DNA from: Vicugna vicugna
Taxonomy: Eukaryota
Direction: 5' to 3'
DNA length: 64,000 bases
Assembly (NCBI GenBank): GCA_013265495.1
Contig: MU057416.1
Coordinates: forward strand, 242,545 to 306,544
Within the stretch, counting starts at the first letter, position 1. The number at the start of each line of letters is the position of its first letter. Positions 39,928-52,774 of this stretch are shown piece after piece. The position numbers were made by a program, and so were the translations under genes. Under the pieces are notes generated by a model. It saw only the letters and a list, made by a program, of their open reading frames with translations, did not search any database and was not told where the DNA came from.

Positions 39928-41300
39928 TTTTTAAAATTGAGATATAATTGAAAAAGCATACACTTTTTTCTTGTGATGAGAACTTTTCAGAACTATTCTC
40001 TAAGCAACTCCAAATAGAGTACAGAATTGTTAACTATAGTCACCACGATGTACATCTCATCCCAGGATTTATTTATCCTGTGGCTGGAAGTTCGTACCTC
40101 TGGCCCATCTTCACTCACTTCACCCCCACCCCCCTACGCTCCCACCACCTCTGGCCACCACCAGTCTGTTCTCTGTATCTATGACTTAGATTTTTGTTTT
40201 GCCTTTGTTTTTTGTTTCTTTTAATTCCACATACGAGATGATAGGGACTTTGTCTTTCTCTCTCTGATTTATTTCGTTTAGTATAGTACCCTATAGATCC
40301 ATCAATGTTGTCACAAGTGGCAGAACTCCATTTTTTTTAATGGCTGAATAATATCCCATGGTGTCCATAGACCATGCTTTTTATCCATTCATCCGTAAGA
40401 GGACATTTAGTTTGTTTCCATATCTTAGCTATTGTAAATACTTCAGCAATAAACATGGGAGTGCATGTATCTTTTTGAGCTGGTGTTTTTGTTCCTTTTG
40501 ATGAATATCCAGACATGGAATTGCTAGATCACACGGTAGCTTTATTTTTAATTTTAGGAGGCGTCTCCATACTGTTTTTCATAGTGGTCGCACCAGTTTA
40601 CATTGCCACCGACAGTGCGCAAGTTTCTCCACAGCTCCACCCACACGTGCTGTTTCTGGCCTTTCTCGTAACAGCTGTTGTAGCAGGTGTGAGGTGGCGG
40701 GTCATTGTGCGCTTGCCGAGCATTTCTCTGATGCTGAGTGGTGTTGAGCGCCTCCCCTGTGCTCCTTGGCCTTTTGTGTGTCTTCTTTAGAAAGTGCTTA
40801 TTCAGGTTCTCCGCCCACTTTTTAAAAATCTGATTGATCTTTCAATTGTATGAGTTCTTTACATATTTTGGATATTAACTTCTTATCAGATAGAGGATTT
40901 TCAAATATTTCCTCCCATTCAGTAGGCTGTCTTTTGGTCTTGTTAATGGTTTCCTTCGCTGTGCAGGAGCTTTTAGTTCCATGAAGTCCCACTTGCTCAT
41001 TTTTTGCCTTTATTGCCTTTGCCATTGGTGTCAAATAAAAAAAAAAAAACATCGCTAAGACTGATCTGATGTCAAGGAACTTACCTCTATGGCTTTTTGT
41101 TGGAGTTTTATCATTTCAGGTCTTTTGTTCAAATCTCTAATCAGCAGTTGACCAATTTCATTCTTTCACATGTGGCTTCCAGTTTTCCCAGCAACATTTC
41201 TTGAAGAGAATGTTCTTTCCTTATTGCATAGTCTTTGTTCATTTGTCATAAATTAATTGACCATATCCATGTGGACTTATTTCTGGACTCTCTGTACTTT
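39928..41300 (-). mobile_element. LINE-1 3' portion (L1MA-like), with ORF2 remnant
   Basis: The minus-strand ORF 40822-41052 (AKAIKAK..CTAKETINKTKRQPTEWEEIF..SDKKLISKICKELIQL) is L1 ORF2 C-terminal sequence; the L1 3' UTR runs toward 39930. Confidence 0.9.
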
Positions 41301-41752
41301 CAGTTTTTATATTTGGATTTTATGTTTTTCATGATTTTTTTTATTTACTGTCTCTTTGAATTTCTCTTCCATGCATGTGGTTTCCTTTAGGGACCCTTGT
41401 TCACATTTCTGCACCAGCAGGTCCCTTGAGCTCTTGAAAGGCATCTCTCTCGCTTCCCACCGCTGGCTGCTGTTCTGAGTAGTCTGATGCCACCTGGTTC
41501 CTGGTACTTGGTATCTGACGTTTCTCGTTTTCCTTCCTGAGATATTTTAGGATGTTTTATTCACAGTGAGGCGCCATGATGTGGGCAGGTTTTGTTTTGT
41601 TTGCTTTTTGATTTCACTGTTTTAGTCACTTGACAGGCTCATTCATACGGAAACTAATGTTTTCCAGTTTGGGGAAATTTCCCTAAACTACGTCTTTAAG
41701 GATCGCCTCCCTTTCTCCTTTTTCATTCTCTCTCTCTCCCTCTCCTGTCTGC

Positions 41753-41775
41753 GTGTGTGTGTGTGTGTGTGTGTG
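41753..41775. repeat. (GT)11 microsatellite
   Basis: Read directly. Confidence 0.9.
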
Positions 41776-41984
41776 GTCATAGGTGAGAATTATTTTCTTT
41801 TTATATTGAATTTCCAAATTCTCTAATTTTTTTATACTTACTTTGCTATTTTTTGAAGAACCTCATTGCCTTTTTAGTTCCTTCTCTGAGAAACTTCACC
41901 TTTATTTTCTATCTTATGTTAACGTATTTCCTCTAAAATATAATTTCATTAACAAGAGTTCTTATTAATTAATTTATTTATTTA

Positions 41985-42151
41985 TTCTTATGTATGTACT
42001 TTTTTGGACAAAACGCTCTTGCATATTTAATAGACTACAGTGTAAACAAACTTTTGCCCTCACTGGGAAACCAAAAAATGTATATGACTCCTTCTACTAT
42101 GATATTCACTTTATCTGGACCTGAGCTTGCAATACCTCCAAGGTCTGCCTG
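41985..42151 (+). mobile_element. Tigger1 (Tc1/mariner) right-end fragment
   Basis: ttaatagactacagtgtaaac..cactgggaaaccaaaaaat..gcaatacctccaaggtctgcctg followed by TA. Confidence 0.82.
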
Positions 42152-45100
42152 TATAAATTCACATCAACCTCACGGAAAATACTGACTTGATGATGATGAA
42201 GTTGATGATCCCCAGCATCATGACCATGTTTTCTCAATCAAGTCACCCACCCTTAAGACAAAAGCTGAGCCGTTCTCCCCGGCTCCGGGAAATCCTGGTT
42301 ACTGCAAGTCTGTACCCCACCAATGCCTCCTTCCAGCCCTGTGTGTCATCTTCCCCATGACTCACCTTGAAGCAGCTCACGCCCCAGTGAGCTTGTCACT
42401 TGCATCTCAAGCACCTGACACACACACGGCTCTGGGGACATCCTAATGAGAGTGTTAGTGAGTGGAAGGAAGCAAATTTGTGGGGAACTCTGTGGTCTGC
42501 CACAAACCCATCCAGGGACCAGAGCTTACCTGCTCGTGTGACAAGGAGTCTGCAGCCTGGGGACACCTTCCTGCCATCAGACAGGAAGTGGGGGACAGCG
42601 AGGGGATTTCAAAGAGGAACTAAAATGAGTGACTATGAGAATCTAAATATACTTTGCCCGCCCGTTTCCAGGCTTCTCTAGAAGGGAAATTGTTGTCTTG
42701 GGGGGAAACATCTGGCCCTATGCCCTCTCCCCCTGGTTTTCTTACTTCACTTAAAATTCCACACTCTACCTACCAAGTTTTAAGATAAGAAATGGGGATT
42801 TCTTTGAAACAGCTAATGGAAAGCAATGCCTTGGAAGTCATAATTGGAGTTTTTGTTTTTGAGTTCTGTTTTGTTTTGTTTTTTTGATCAGACATACGCA
42901 AAAATCAACATGTGATTCACTTCCATTTGGGTGCATGGAACTGCAATAAAGCGAGTCCACGGTCCCTAACCACACGGGCATTACGACTGTGGTGCAGTGC
43001 AGAGTGCAAATCATGGACTGTTTTGTGAATTTTACAGAGTCTCAGTGAAGGGATTTTATTACTGAATAGGCACTTAAAATGTGGGTGATTTCTTTTTCAT
43101 GAGAATCTGTATTTTTAATAAATGAAGCATTTGTATACATGAAATAGCTCATTTTTATACGAATAGAAATAACCTCCCAAATAAGTAAATTTTACCAAAG
43201 GAAAGTACAACTTCTTTGTAGTATTAAAAAGAGAAGCTTCTCCCCCCTTTTTCTTCCCCCACTGTGTGAAGGTCTCCAACACTGGGCGAGCCCCCTACAG
43301 AGAGCTACATAAACATTCCATTCTGATTTCAGTAAAACAGTCATATTTCAATTATTGAAATAGTCATATTCGGGTAGTAATTCTTAATGACTCAGAGAGT
43401 AACACTGACTCATTAATTTAAAAATAAAACTGGTCTTTAACCCTTTAAAGGTTATTCCATCATTAAAGGAACTGCAAACATCACCAAAGACAGAGGACTA
43501 CAGACTCACGAGGAACGCGACGTGGACATTCTTCGCTTTGTTTCTATATGTGCTTGATAAAAATTTTCTTTAAACACTACAAAAAAAAATCTTGGAAGAA
43601 GATTTAAAACTCTTAGACTTACACAGTTCTGACCCCAAGAACTTATCATCTACAATGTCAGAGGAAAGAGGCCCTAAATGCGCCCTGGAAAGTAAATCTT
43701 CCCCGAGCTGCCAGCCTGATGGTGGGTCAGTCAAATCAGCTATTTTAGCTTTTGCTTTATGAGAAATAGAACATGTTTTAACAAAACTCATAAACACACA
43801 CAACATAAATGAATTCAGTGGGGTCTCTGGGCCAGGGTCAGTAAAGCCAGTAAGTAAGTTACACAGTCACTTAAAACTTTCTCATTACTTTAAGAGGAAG
43901 GTTCACATATTAGTGAAACAAAATACAAATATTCAGTGTTTCAGTTTGGACGTCTTAAGACTTTCCCTTTATTAGAAGATATTAATTTATTTTTAAACCC
44001 CGAGTTCCCATTTCTTTGATGAAGACCAAACCACTAACTTTAAAAATAACTTTGACAATTAATTCTGTGGAAATAACTAATCCTCTGAAAAAAAGGCAAG
44101 AAAGTCTGTGGAGACTACATTCTCCATTCAGGACGGTTTTTCATCTAAAATATTCAGATTTCCTTTCTGAATGAGTGCTGAGCAAAACCGAATTTGAGCA
44201 AATGTACGTTTTATTTTACTGATTTAGGGTCACATTTTAACACGAGGTAACGGTGAACAGTACAGTTCGTGGGCATGATTTGTCTTTTCTCTGGGGTAAC
44301 TCTGTTCCGCAAGGTGCTCTTCCACACATGTGCTCGAGCACTTCTCTCGCCTTAGCACACCACGTAGAACGACCACCAGGCTGTGCTACAGCCTTGGCAA
44401 TGGTTTTGTTCTGCTGGAGGCCGCGGTGGAGAGGGCTGGAGGCTTCCGGACGCCCGGACTTGCGTGTGTGAGGTCAGGACACTCGCAGCAGACACGCCTG
44501 CTTCACAGGTTTCCTTCCACACGCGAGCTGATGTTTTATACGACTGAGCTCACTCATGCTGACTTGAGATGGTGCGACTTGGTAAGTCAGTCACGTTCTT
44601 TCTGCAGAGAATAATTCTTTCTAGAGCACATTCTATACAATCTCCCCCAAGGGGTCTAGCCTGACACCTCCGCTCACGTTCTGGGAACCCACTTCTGTCT
44701 CTCTGCTCCGACAGCAGGGCCCTGGGAGCGGAGGTCTCTTTAGGTCAGAGCGTCCATGTGTAGCTCCTATGCCTCTAACCTTCCCAGGCATATCCCTTTA
44801 TCTGCCCACATTAACACCAGCTCCCTTCTGGGCAAAAAGAAACATAAAAGGAGCTCCATGTTGGGTCATACTTTCCTTTGCCCCAAATCAGAACAATGTA
44901 CAAATCTCACAGATACGACAACACATCCCCTGAAGCCCGTTCGTGTGATGCATTTTGGCTACTTGGACGGCTCAGTCAAGGGTCCTTCCTGCCAAAGTGG
45001 TCAGACGTGTATTCGTCAGAGGTAGCCGGTGCTCACGGGAGCTTCAGTACTTCAGCATCTTCTTCGGATGCCTTTTGAAAACAAAAGAATTTTTAATTGA

Positions 45101-47639
45101 GGAGAACTCAATACCATACAGGATGGCAAACTAGAAACGTGTCTAATAAAGATCATTTAGAAAGTACAGGTTTTAGAAAAATACGTGTGCATAAATCTGT
45201 GTGAGTTTTAACGACAACAATTTGAAGCTGTGCAGTAGCTCTTAGCGACAGTGTGTCCTTAGAGGAACCATTTCTGCCTTCGTGCTGGTTGTCACCTTGA
45301 GCGTGTTCTCTCCTTCTCTTGGGCCCGAGTGTATCTCCACTGAGCTGATCAGCTTTGGAGGTTACAGCTCTAAAAAGGCTGGCCTCAAAATCTTTCCAGA
45401 ACTGTTCAAATGTAAATGCAAATACCCTCAGAGGTTAGCAAAATAACAGGAATGAACGGAAAAGGCTGATAAAATATTCAGGGTGGCAGCTTCAAAAACA
45501 CGGAAAACGCATACCATACCCCAAAGCACTCAAATGCAATTATTTGTGAAACACAGCTCTGGCCCGCAGCCCCCGGCCTGGGCTCACACGGCCCGAGCTC
45601 GGGTTCCCAGCCCCGCTTCCACCACCGCGTCTCTCTCCTCTCCGTCTGCCTCTGTTCCTCCACCTTCGCGCGCTGTAAATCCCACTGCTGAGGAGGAGGA
45701 GGAAGAGGAGGGGGCAGAAAAGGAAAAGGAAAAGGAGGGGGAGGGGAGAGGGAGGGGGAAGGAACGTCCTAGCTCCTCAGGGAAACTGGCTCCTTGCTCT
45801 CGTCATACTCTGCACTTGAAACACCACTTTAACTTGACCTGAGGGTCTGCAGAGTGTCTTAACAGGCTCATCCCTCTGTCCTTATGGTCTCTACTGACTT
45901 CAGACTCACTATCACGTACCTGTGGCCTCTGATTTACGGATCCCAACGCCGCAGGCTCTGTGTCTTAGAGCCTCTCCCCTCTGGGTACCGAGGCTGTTCC
46001 CACAGCCCTCTGTCCTGGCGGGGGGGGGCACCAGGGGGAGCGGGCCAGCGGGGGAGACTCTTGCCTTTCACGGTCTCTTTTCTCCTTTCTTTCCTTCTTT
46101 CACAAGCATTCCCCGTTTTTCCACAGTTTTGTGCCAAGGGGCAGAAATGACCTTGCTTTTCACACAAATGTGTTTTTCCTCTTCCAGCTGCTGCTGTCCC
46201 AGGAGAAGGGCGCTCTTCTCACCCTCTGTCAGTGTTTGAGGTTTTCCTTGGCACGCTGTTCAGGGCTGGCACTTTGAACCTGCTGGTTCCAGAGTTCGGA
46301 TTCTGGACCTTTCACTGCTTTCGTGTTTGTAACTTCTCTGCCCCTTAGTTGAAGGTTTTATTTGCCCTCCTGACCCTTGGTCCACTTTCCGCTCAAGTAA
46401 CTGTCCACTGCTTTCGTCTTGACTGCCTGCACTAGCGTCTCACTGGGGAGGCAGCCAGCTTGCCACTTCCGCTGTGTTTAGTTCTTGCTTTAAACTGTGC
46501 CTCTTGCCTTGTCTTCTTGCAGCACCTCCTTCTGACTCGTCTGACGCTTCCTTACACCATCGTCTCTTCCTACTGTCTGATTTTCCAGAAAGTCTCAAAA
46601 CCTGCTTTGAACTCCACCCAGTTTCTTCAAAAAATTATTCCTGGAGCATTTTAATAAATGCGGACAGAGGAGGTCAGCCCGCTCTCTACACGCACGGTCT
46701 TCTGGGAAAATACATTTTGCGTGAAGGTGAGATGTCGGCCCCTGATCTCACCTCCATTAACTGGACTGACTTCTCCCTTTTACGTGTCCAAGTCTTCTCT
46801 GCTTGTGCCACTGCTCTGCACGGCCACCGATGCCTAGAGGTATTGTTGACTTTACCTCTCACCTTTGGCTAAAAATATAAAGAAAGACTTACTAAACACT
46901 TCAGCTGGATTTTTCTTTTATCTGAAGTAGTGCATTGACTAGACTTTTGCCCCCAAAAAAAACTCACAAAGAGAAGGGGGAGGAAGGCCCATGTTTTCCT
47001 CTGCTTTTTAGAACCTAAGGTAATTAATTAGACAAAATCAAGTTCTATGTATGAATCTAACAAACTAAATATACTGCCTACAGAATAGGCCTAGACATCT
47101 TCCCTCCACCGAGTTTACTTAAGGTTCCTTGGCAGGAACTCGTGCTGGAATAGGCAGCTCCTTGGATGCTGTCTACTTGCAACTTGACACCTAATGGTTT
47201 TCCTCTTGGCTGAGAAACTCCATAAACAGAAGTGAGCGAGGGACCACGTGACCCCAGCCCTCCCGGCAGCTCAGCTCGGGTCCCTGGAAGGGAGGGAGGG
47301 GAGGGGCGGGGCGGTGGGAAGGAGGCTGCTCTTGGCTGCTGCTGTAAGATCCATCCAACGAGGAAAATATCCTCAGTGACAGCGTGAGGCCGTGTCCTCA
47401 GGGGCTGGGGCATCCGCCTGGGCTCCGAGAGCTGGGTGGCCCGGCCACTGCACCCTGGATGGGGGGCCGCCTTCCGGCAGCCGAGCGCCCCCGTGGCGCG
47501 GGCAGAACGCGAGGGCAGCGGAGTCTCTGGGGCGGAGAGTCCGAGCCTCGTTCCGCCCACGCGGTGGCGTGATCGCGGAGGGTTACTCAGCTGTTCTCAG
47601 CTCAGCTCTTCCGTCTCTGCAGCTGGGGTAACACTTTTA

Positions 47640-47850
47640 AAGGAGCGTGTGCGCAGGGCAGTCAGGCCGAGCTCTGCGCGGGGCGCGCGCGGGCTTCCTC
47701 GCTGCGCCCCGACGGACAAGCAGCCCCGCTGCGCGGCTGCGCGGCGGGCCCTTTTCCGGCCTCTCCAAACCCTCGTTTTCTCATCTGTCTCCCGAAAGTC
47801 AGGAGAGCTACCTCCTCGGGTTGTTGGGAAGATTATCCAGGATAATTGGC
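47640..47850 (+). mobile_element. MIR SINE, strongly GC-shifted
   Basis: cctctccaaaccctcgttttctcatctgt..ctacctcctcgggttgttgggaagatta..gataat follows the MIR core. Confidence 0.65.
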
Positions 47851-48725
47851 AAAAAAAAAAAAAAGTTACAAGAGTAATTGACACAAAGTAAGAGAACGGT
47901 CAGTGATAGCCATTGCCCACAACTCCCCAGAGGAGGCGGTACCCCTTTAAAGACGTGGAAATTGGTACCTTGACAGGCGCTAACTAGTAGACCTGGGGCT
48001 CGAGCTTAGATCGACTGGCCTTTAAAACTTGGCTCAAAGCACCAGGCTGATAAAAATCCCCGTTGCCAGTGCCCCTCGCTCCCCGTACTGCGCTCCCTCC
48101 CACCCTGCCTGCCGGCGCCATGGCCTCTGTGAACCAGGCCCACACGCAGCCCTGTTCTTCTGCTTCCCAGACCAGCCCGACCTGGGGCAGGAAGTTCCAA
48201 ACCAGACCCAGCCCCCCATCCTCTGAGGCTGGAGACTGAGTCACTCTTCCCGCTACTGCGAATTCAGGACAAAGAGTTCCCGCACTAACCACAGAGGCCC
48301 GTCTGCTCCCCGAGGAAAGCCGGCAGCGGCCTCACACAGCGGCGGAAGCCGGGGGGCGCTGCCGAGGCCTCGGGTCCCAGGGTCCCGGCCCCCCCGGCCC
48401 CTCCCCGCCTTCCCTGCCCGGCTCTTGTCAGCCTGCAGCTCACAAAAGCAGGCTGGGCCTGTGATGGGCGCTCCACAGACACCCCTCTGATTTCATCAGA
48501 GGCCTCGAGGCAACTGTTAGTGCCTCAGATTTAAATTAAGGAAGCAAACTTCAAATGCTCACCCTACGCGCCCACGGCCACAGCCATGAGCGCGCACGAG
48601 ACAGCCGTCTTCGCGTTTGCTCTCGGCTGGCGTGCCTGAATCACCGAGAACGCAGTTTCTCGGCCGTGGCGCTATCGAGCCGTGTTATCAGCGGAAAGGG
48701 GAAGAGGGGAAGGATTCGCCCTTGC

Positions 48726-48885
48726 TTTTTTTTTTTTTTAATTTTGTTTTTCTTTTGTTAAATTTTTTGTTTGTTTTGGGGGAGGTGGTTGGGTTTATCT
48801 GATGGAGGCACTGGGGGTTGGGCCCAGGGCCTCGTGCACGCTGAGCACGCGCTCGCCCGCTGCGCTCCCCCCTCCGCCACCCCCG
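48726..48885 (-). mobile_element. tRNA-derived SINE, Vic-1-like, GC-shifted copy
   Basis: Poly-T tail followed by ggggaggtggttgggtttat..atggaggcactgggggttgggcccagggcctcgtgcacgctgagcacgcgctc, collinear with the other five copies. Confidence 0.85.
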
Positions 48886-49049
48886 CTGCCACCCGACAGC
48901 CCAGCACGGAAGCCGCACAGCGGGTCGGCCCGTCTCCCTGCCCCTGCTCTTGGCCCATCGGCCAGCACCTGCGTGAACAGCCGCACCGCCCTGCAATTAG
49001 GACTGGGATGTGCGGCCTTTATTTCGTGCCCATAAAAAATTAGGAATTA

Positions 49050-49423
49050 TAATAATTTTTTTGTGTCAACGTGACTAAGCTAAGGGACACCCAGATAGCT
49101 GGTAAAACAGTATTTCTGAGAGGGGGCGGTGAGGGTGTTTCTGGCAGAGATAAGCATCTGATTCAGCGGACTGAATCACCAATGTGGGCGTCCTCCAGCC
49201 CACAGAGGGCCCAAATGGAGCAGGAAGTCAAGGAAGGGTGAATTCTCTCTCTCTCTCTCTTCTACAGCTGGGACGTCCATCTTCTCCCGTCCGCCCGCTT
49301 GGTTCTCAAGCCTCCGGACTCGGGCTGCCCTGCACCCCCAGCTCCCCTGGGGCTCCAGCGTGTAGGTGGCGACCGTGGGGCATTTGGCCTCCATAACCAG
49401 TCCCTGTAACATCTCTCTTCTCG

Positions 49424-49454
<31 letters not shown>

Positions 49455-49502
49455 ATATATATCCTCCTGGTTCCGCTTCTCTGGGGACCCCCTGCTAGTA
49501 TG
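49050..49502 (+). mobile_element. MLT2 (ERVL) solo LTR with internal (CT)n tracts
   Basis: taattttt..gtgtcaac.tgact..cccagatagctggtaaaaca.tatttctg..gagggtgtttctgg..atatcct..tggttc..ttctctgg is typical of MLT2. Confidence 0.85.
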
Positions 49503-50949
49503 AGAATTCTGCGGTCGTAGAAAAAGGAAAACAGGGGTTGGGAAGAACGAGCAATGTCGGCCACCGCACTTCGCTGTGTCGTCCCGCGTCTCAGAGGCCT
49601 TGTCAGTCTGAGAGAGTTTTGTGACCCGAAGGGAAAAAACCAAACACTGAGCTAACCGTAGTCACAGACTTCTTCTAAAGAAACTCTGGCCCCACAAATC
49701 CTGAGCTTTTACCAGCTCCTGAAAGCGAGTCGTGGCAGCAGGCCCGTCAGCTGGCCCCGGAGCCACGGCTGAGGCCCGGGGAGGCGCCCAGTTCCGGCCG
49801 GGGCTCTGCATTCGGAGCCCTTCCCGGTAACCGTGCTGCGACTTGCTTGCCTTTGATGCAGGTCATCTTTTCTGGACTGGGGCTCAGAAAGCCCGCCACA
49901 TCCTGTGTTCCCTGCACGTGGCCAGCCAGGCGAAGGAGGCTGCTGATCACACAGCTTATATCATCCTCCGACCTGGGACTTGAGTCTGTCAGGTGTTACG
50001 TGGGTGTAGATGACGCCAAACCATTGCGTCCCATCTTGCCTTTTCTTATCTGCAAGATGAAGGGACAGGACTCCACCAGCAGCCTCGGAATCTGGGTTCC
50101 CAGAGCCGCCGCACAAAGGCCAAGCCGGATGGGTGATGGGGGCGGTGCCAGAGGCTCCCTTCTGGTGGTCTGAATAATCCAGTGTGCCTCCCACACCGGT
50201 CTTCGCCTGGCCGGCCCGCCTGGCTCAGCTGAGGTCCAGGCATAACAGGCCGGCCCTGCCGCCTCTGCCCGCGGGGGCCGCAGGGGCCGCATGTGGCTGT
50301 TTGCACAGGCCTGTGAGCTGGGCCCTGGCTCCCGCTGGCCTGAGCCTCTCACTTCTCAGAGAACTGGAATTCCCCATATTTTCCCCCAAATTAAAAGAAC
50401 CAACAAACTGTATTACAAAAACAAACAGAATTTGTTTTTCTTTGGACAAATAAAAACTAATTTATGCTAAGGCTTTGTTGCCTTGAATCCACCCGACCAC
50501 ACGATTTCCTGCCAACAACTTTTCTGTTAGCTTCTCAAGTTCATCAAACTGAGCCCTTGCTGGTAAAAGTAGAGGTTTTGCAAGCCACTAATTGGCCTAA
50601 AATGCTCCGCTATTTTATATAAACACACAGCATAGTATCAAAAATAGAGTTGCATTCATTAGCCTAAAATTCCAGCCTCCCATGTGAAACCTTTTTTTAT
50701 ACCCCTCAAGATTTAGGTCTGCCTCTGGAGTTAAAGGAAAACTTGTTTTCTAAACGTGTGCTCTGTAATTTCACATTAAAAAAAAAAGAAAAGAGAGATG
50801 GGCTTTGATTTCTATTTTTGCCTATTAACATATTTTATGAGCAGGGAGGCGGTAAAGGCAAATCTCTCCTTCAGCTCTTTGGCGCTAATATTGTGAGGAA
50901 TGTAAATCTGAAACTAGGCGAAAACAAAGCAATCACAGCCCAACAACAA

Positions 50950-51180
50950 AAACAACAGTAATAACAGTAATTGAATCTAATGTGATTTATTTATTTGAAG
51001 TATCATATTTTAATACTATTATTAGAACATTATTTTATCAATATTTTAATGTTAACATTTCATAATACAATAATAATATGCAATAAATATTAATGCTGTT
51101 ATTAAAATAGTATTAATAGTATTAGAATAGTATTATTAAAATATAGCAATAATAATAATCATAATCATAAAAGAGAAATA
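50950..51180. repeat. AT-rich low-complexity tract
   Basis: Almost exclusively A/T with repeated AATAGTATT and AAT units. Confidence 0.8.
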
Positions 51181-52774
51181 GGTGTGTTCCTGTAGATGCT
51201 GCCACAGGTGGATGACAAAGTTGTTTCCTGAACTGTTTGGCACCCTTTGTGATTTTCAGTGGTCCAGCCCATTCCGCCCCTCACCGGTCTTACGTAGTAA
51301 GACTCTTCTGCTTCACCCGGAGCAAGCGGATTCCACGTGCCTCCCTGTGTCCGGGACTCGGGGTCCCTCCGCGTCTCGTCTCCGTCCTGCGGCGCCCCCT
51401 TCCCGGAGCGCTGCTCCTCCTCCGGCCAGGGTCCCGCGGGGCCCCACCTGTGACCCGGGCTCCGCGGCCTCACGCGCCCTGCACCGCCCTCTGCACCTCT
51501 CTGCCCCGCGTTCGCTGCTCCCGGTGCCCACCCTGATCCACCAGCGTCTTTCCTGTTTCCGGAACAACGTTCTGTGCTGCCATCCCCCCTGCGCATCCCA
51601 CCCTGGCTTTTTCTCCATCAACTTCGCATTCTCAGAAGGGCAATGCGAATCAGCGGCTCCATTTCCTTATTCCAGATCCACTTTTCCAACCTACACTATA
51701 TATACATATAGGAGAGCAGAAGAATTATTTTTAAGCTGTAATCTACAATATTTAAAGAAGCCATTGAAGTTCTTAAAAAGTCTTAATATCACTAATTATA
51801 AGTGAAATTTGAAGCTCAGTGCCTATGAAGACACTCAGGGTGAATGAAGACTTGGGGAGGGGCCACTCACGAAAACCACAGACAAGTGCAGATTCCTCCA
51901 GGTGGGTCACACGTTCCATGGGGTAAAACCACGGGCTCACCGTTTGGAACAATAACACTGGAGCTTGTGGCTGCCTGCAGATGAGGACTATGGTAAAAAA
52001 GGAGGAGGTGGAGGGAGAGAGAAGGACCGCAGCAGTGGACACAGGAAGCTTGCGTCTGCGGGGAGAGAGGGGTGTAGGGGTGTCCCCTGGGCAGCTAAGG
52101 GCAGAGCGGAGAAGACAGGGTGTATGATATGAGCTACATGCAGCGGCTGATGTTTGCCAACTGAATGCACAAGGAAAGTTTAAATGAATATTCAGATACA
52201 CACATGTGCAACCTTGAATTAGAGAACGTTCTGCTGAGAGCAGAGTCAGTTTCTTGATGCCCTGACTTCTCTCTCACAATATTTTTCCAAAATCTGATGG
52301 TTCATTCAAATACTCAAAGAGGAAACCACAAAGAATGCATGCATAAATGTTACCCCTAAAAGAGAAAAAAGGAATGGCAAAAGAAAGAAGTGGTCATTGA
52401 AGAGCACAGATTCGGAAATTATCCACTAAGGATCGGGTGGACACAAGGTCCTGAGACGTTCCCCAGTCATGCAGAGGGTTTATAAACATGTTTATTAGAA
52501 TGTCTGTTTAGAGTAAGTTGAAGTAGGGCTTGAAGAAGAAAATGATATTTAAGACATTTAATTGGCAGGTGTCAGAAAGTAAGTGGGGGGGAAGCAAAAA
52601 GGAAAAGAAGTTAATAATCTAATTAGGAACACAGAGGGAGATTATAAGAAAGAAAAATAAAAGTTAAAAAAGTCTATAATTTAAGAAACAGGAAAAAATA
52701 ATAGTTCTAGAAAGTAGTCAACCGAGATCTAATACACACAAGCACACGGTTAATAAGGAGGGTAGTTTGGGGTA

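Larger units (their letters stand above)
47240..49010. promoter_or_regulatory. CpG-island-like intergenic region with a G-quadruplex/GC-box tract
   Basis: High GC and CpG density by eye; gggagggaggggaggggcggggcggtggg at 47290-47318. Regulatory function not shown. Confidence 0.45.

Noticed and set aside
40822..41052. Protein-like minus-strand ORF
   Set aside because: It is a decayed LINE-1 ORF2 fragment, not a host gene
51182..51805. 207-aa ORF, the longest in the window, and overlapping ORFs at 47000-51600
   Set aside because: Open on several frames and both strands because of high GC; no recognisable domain or exon structure
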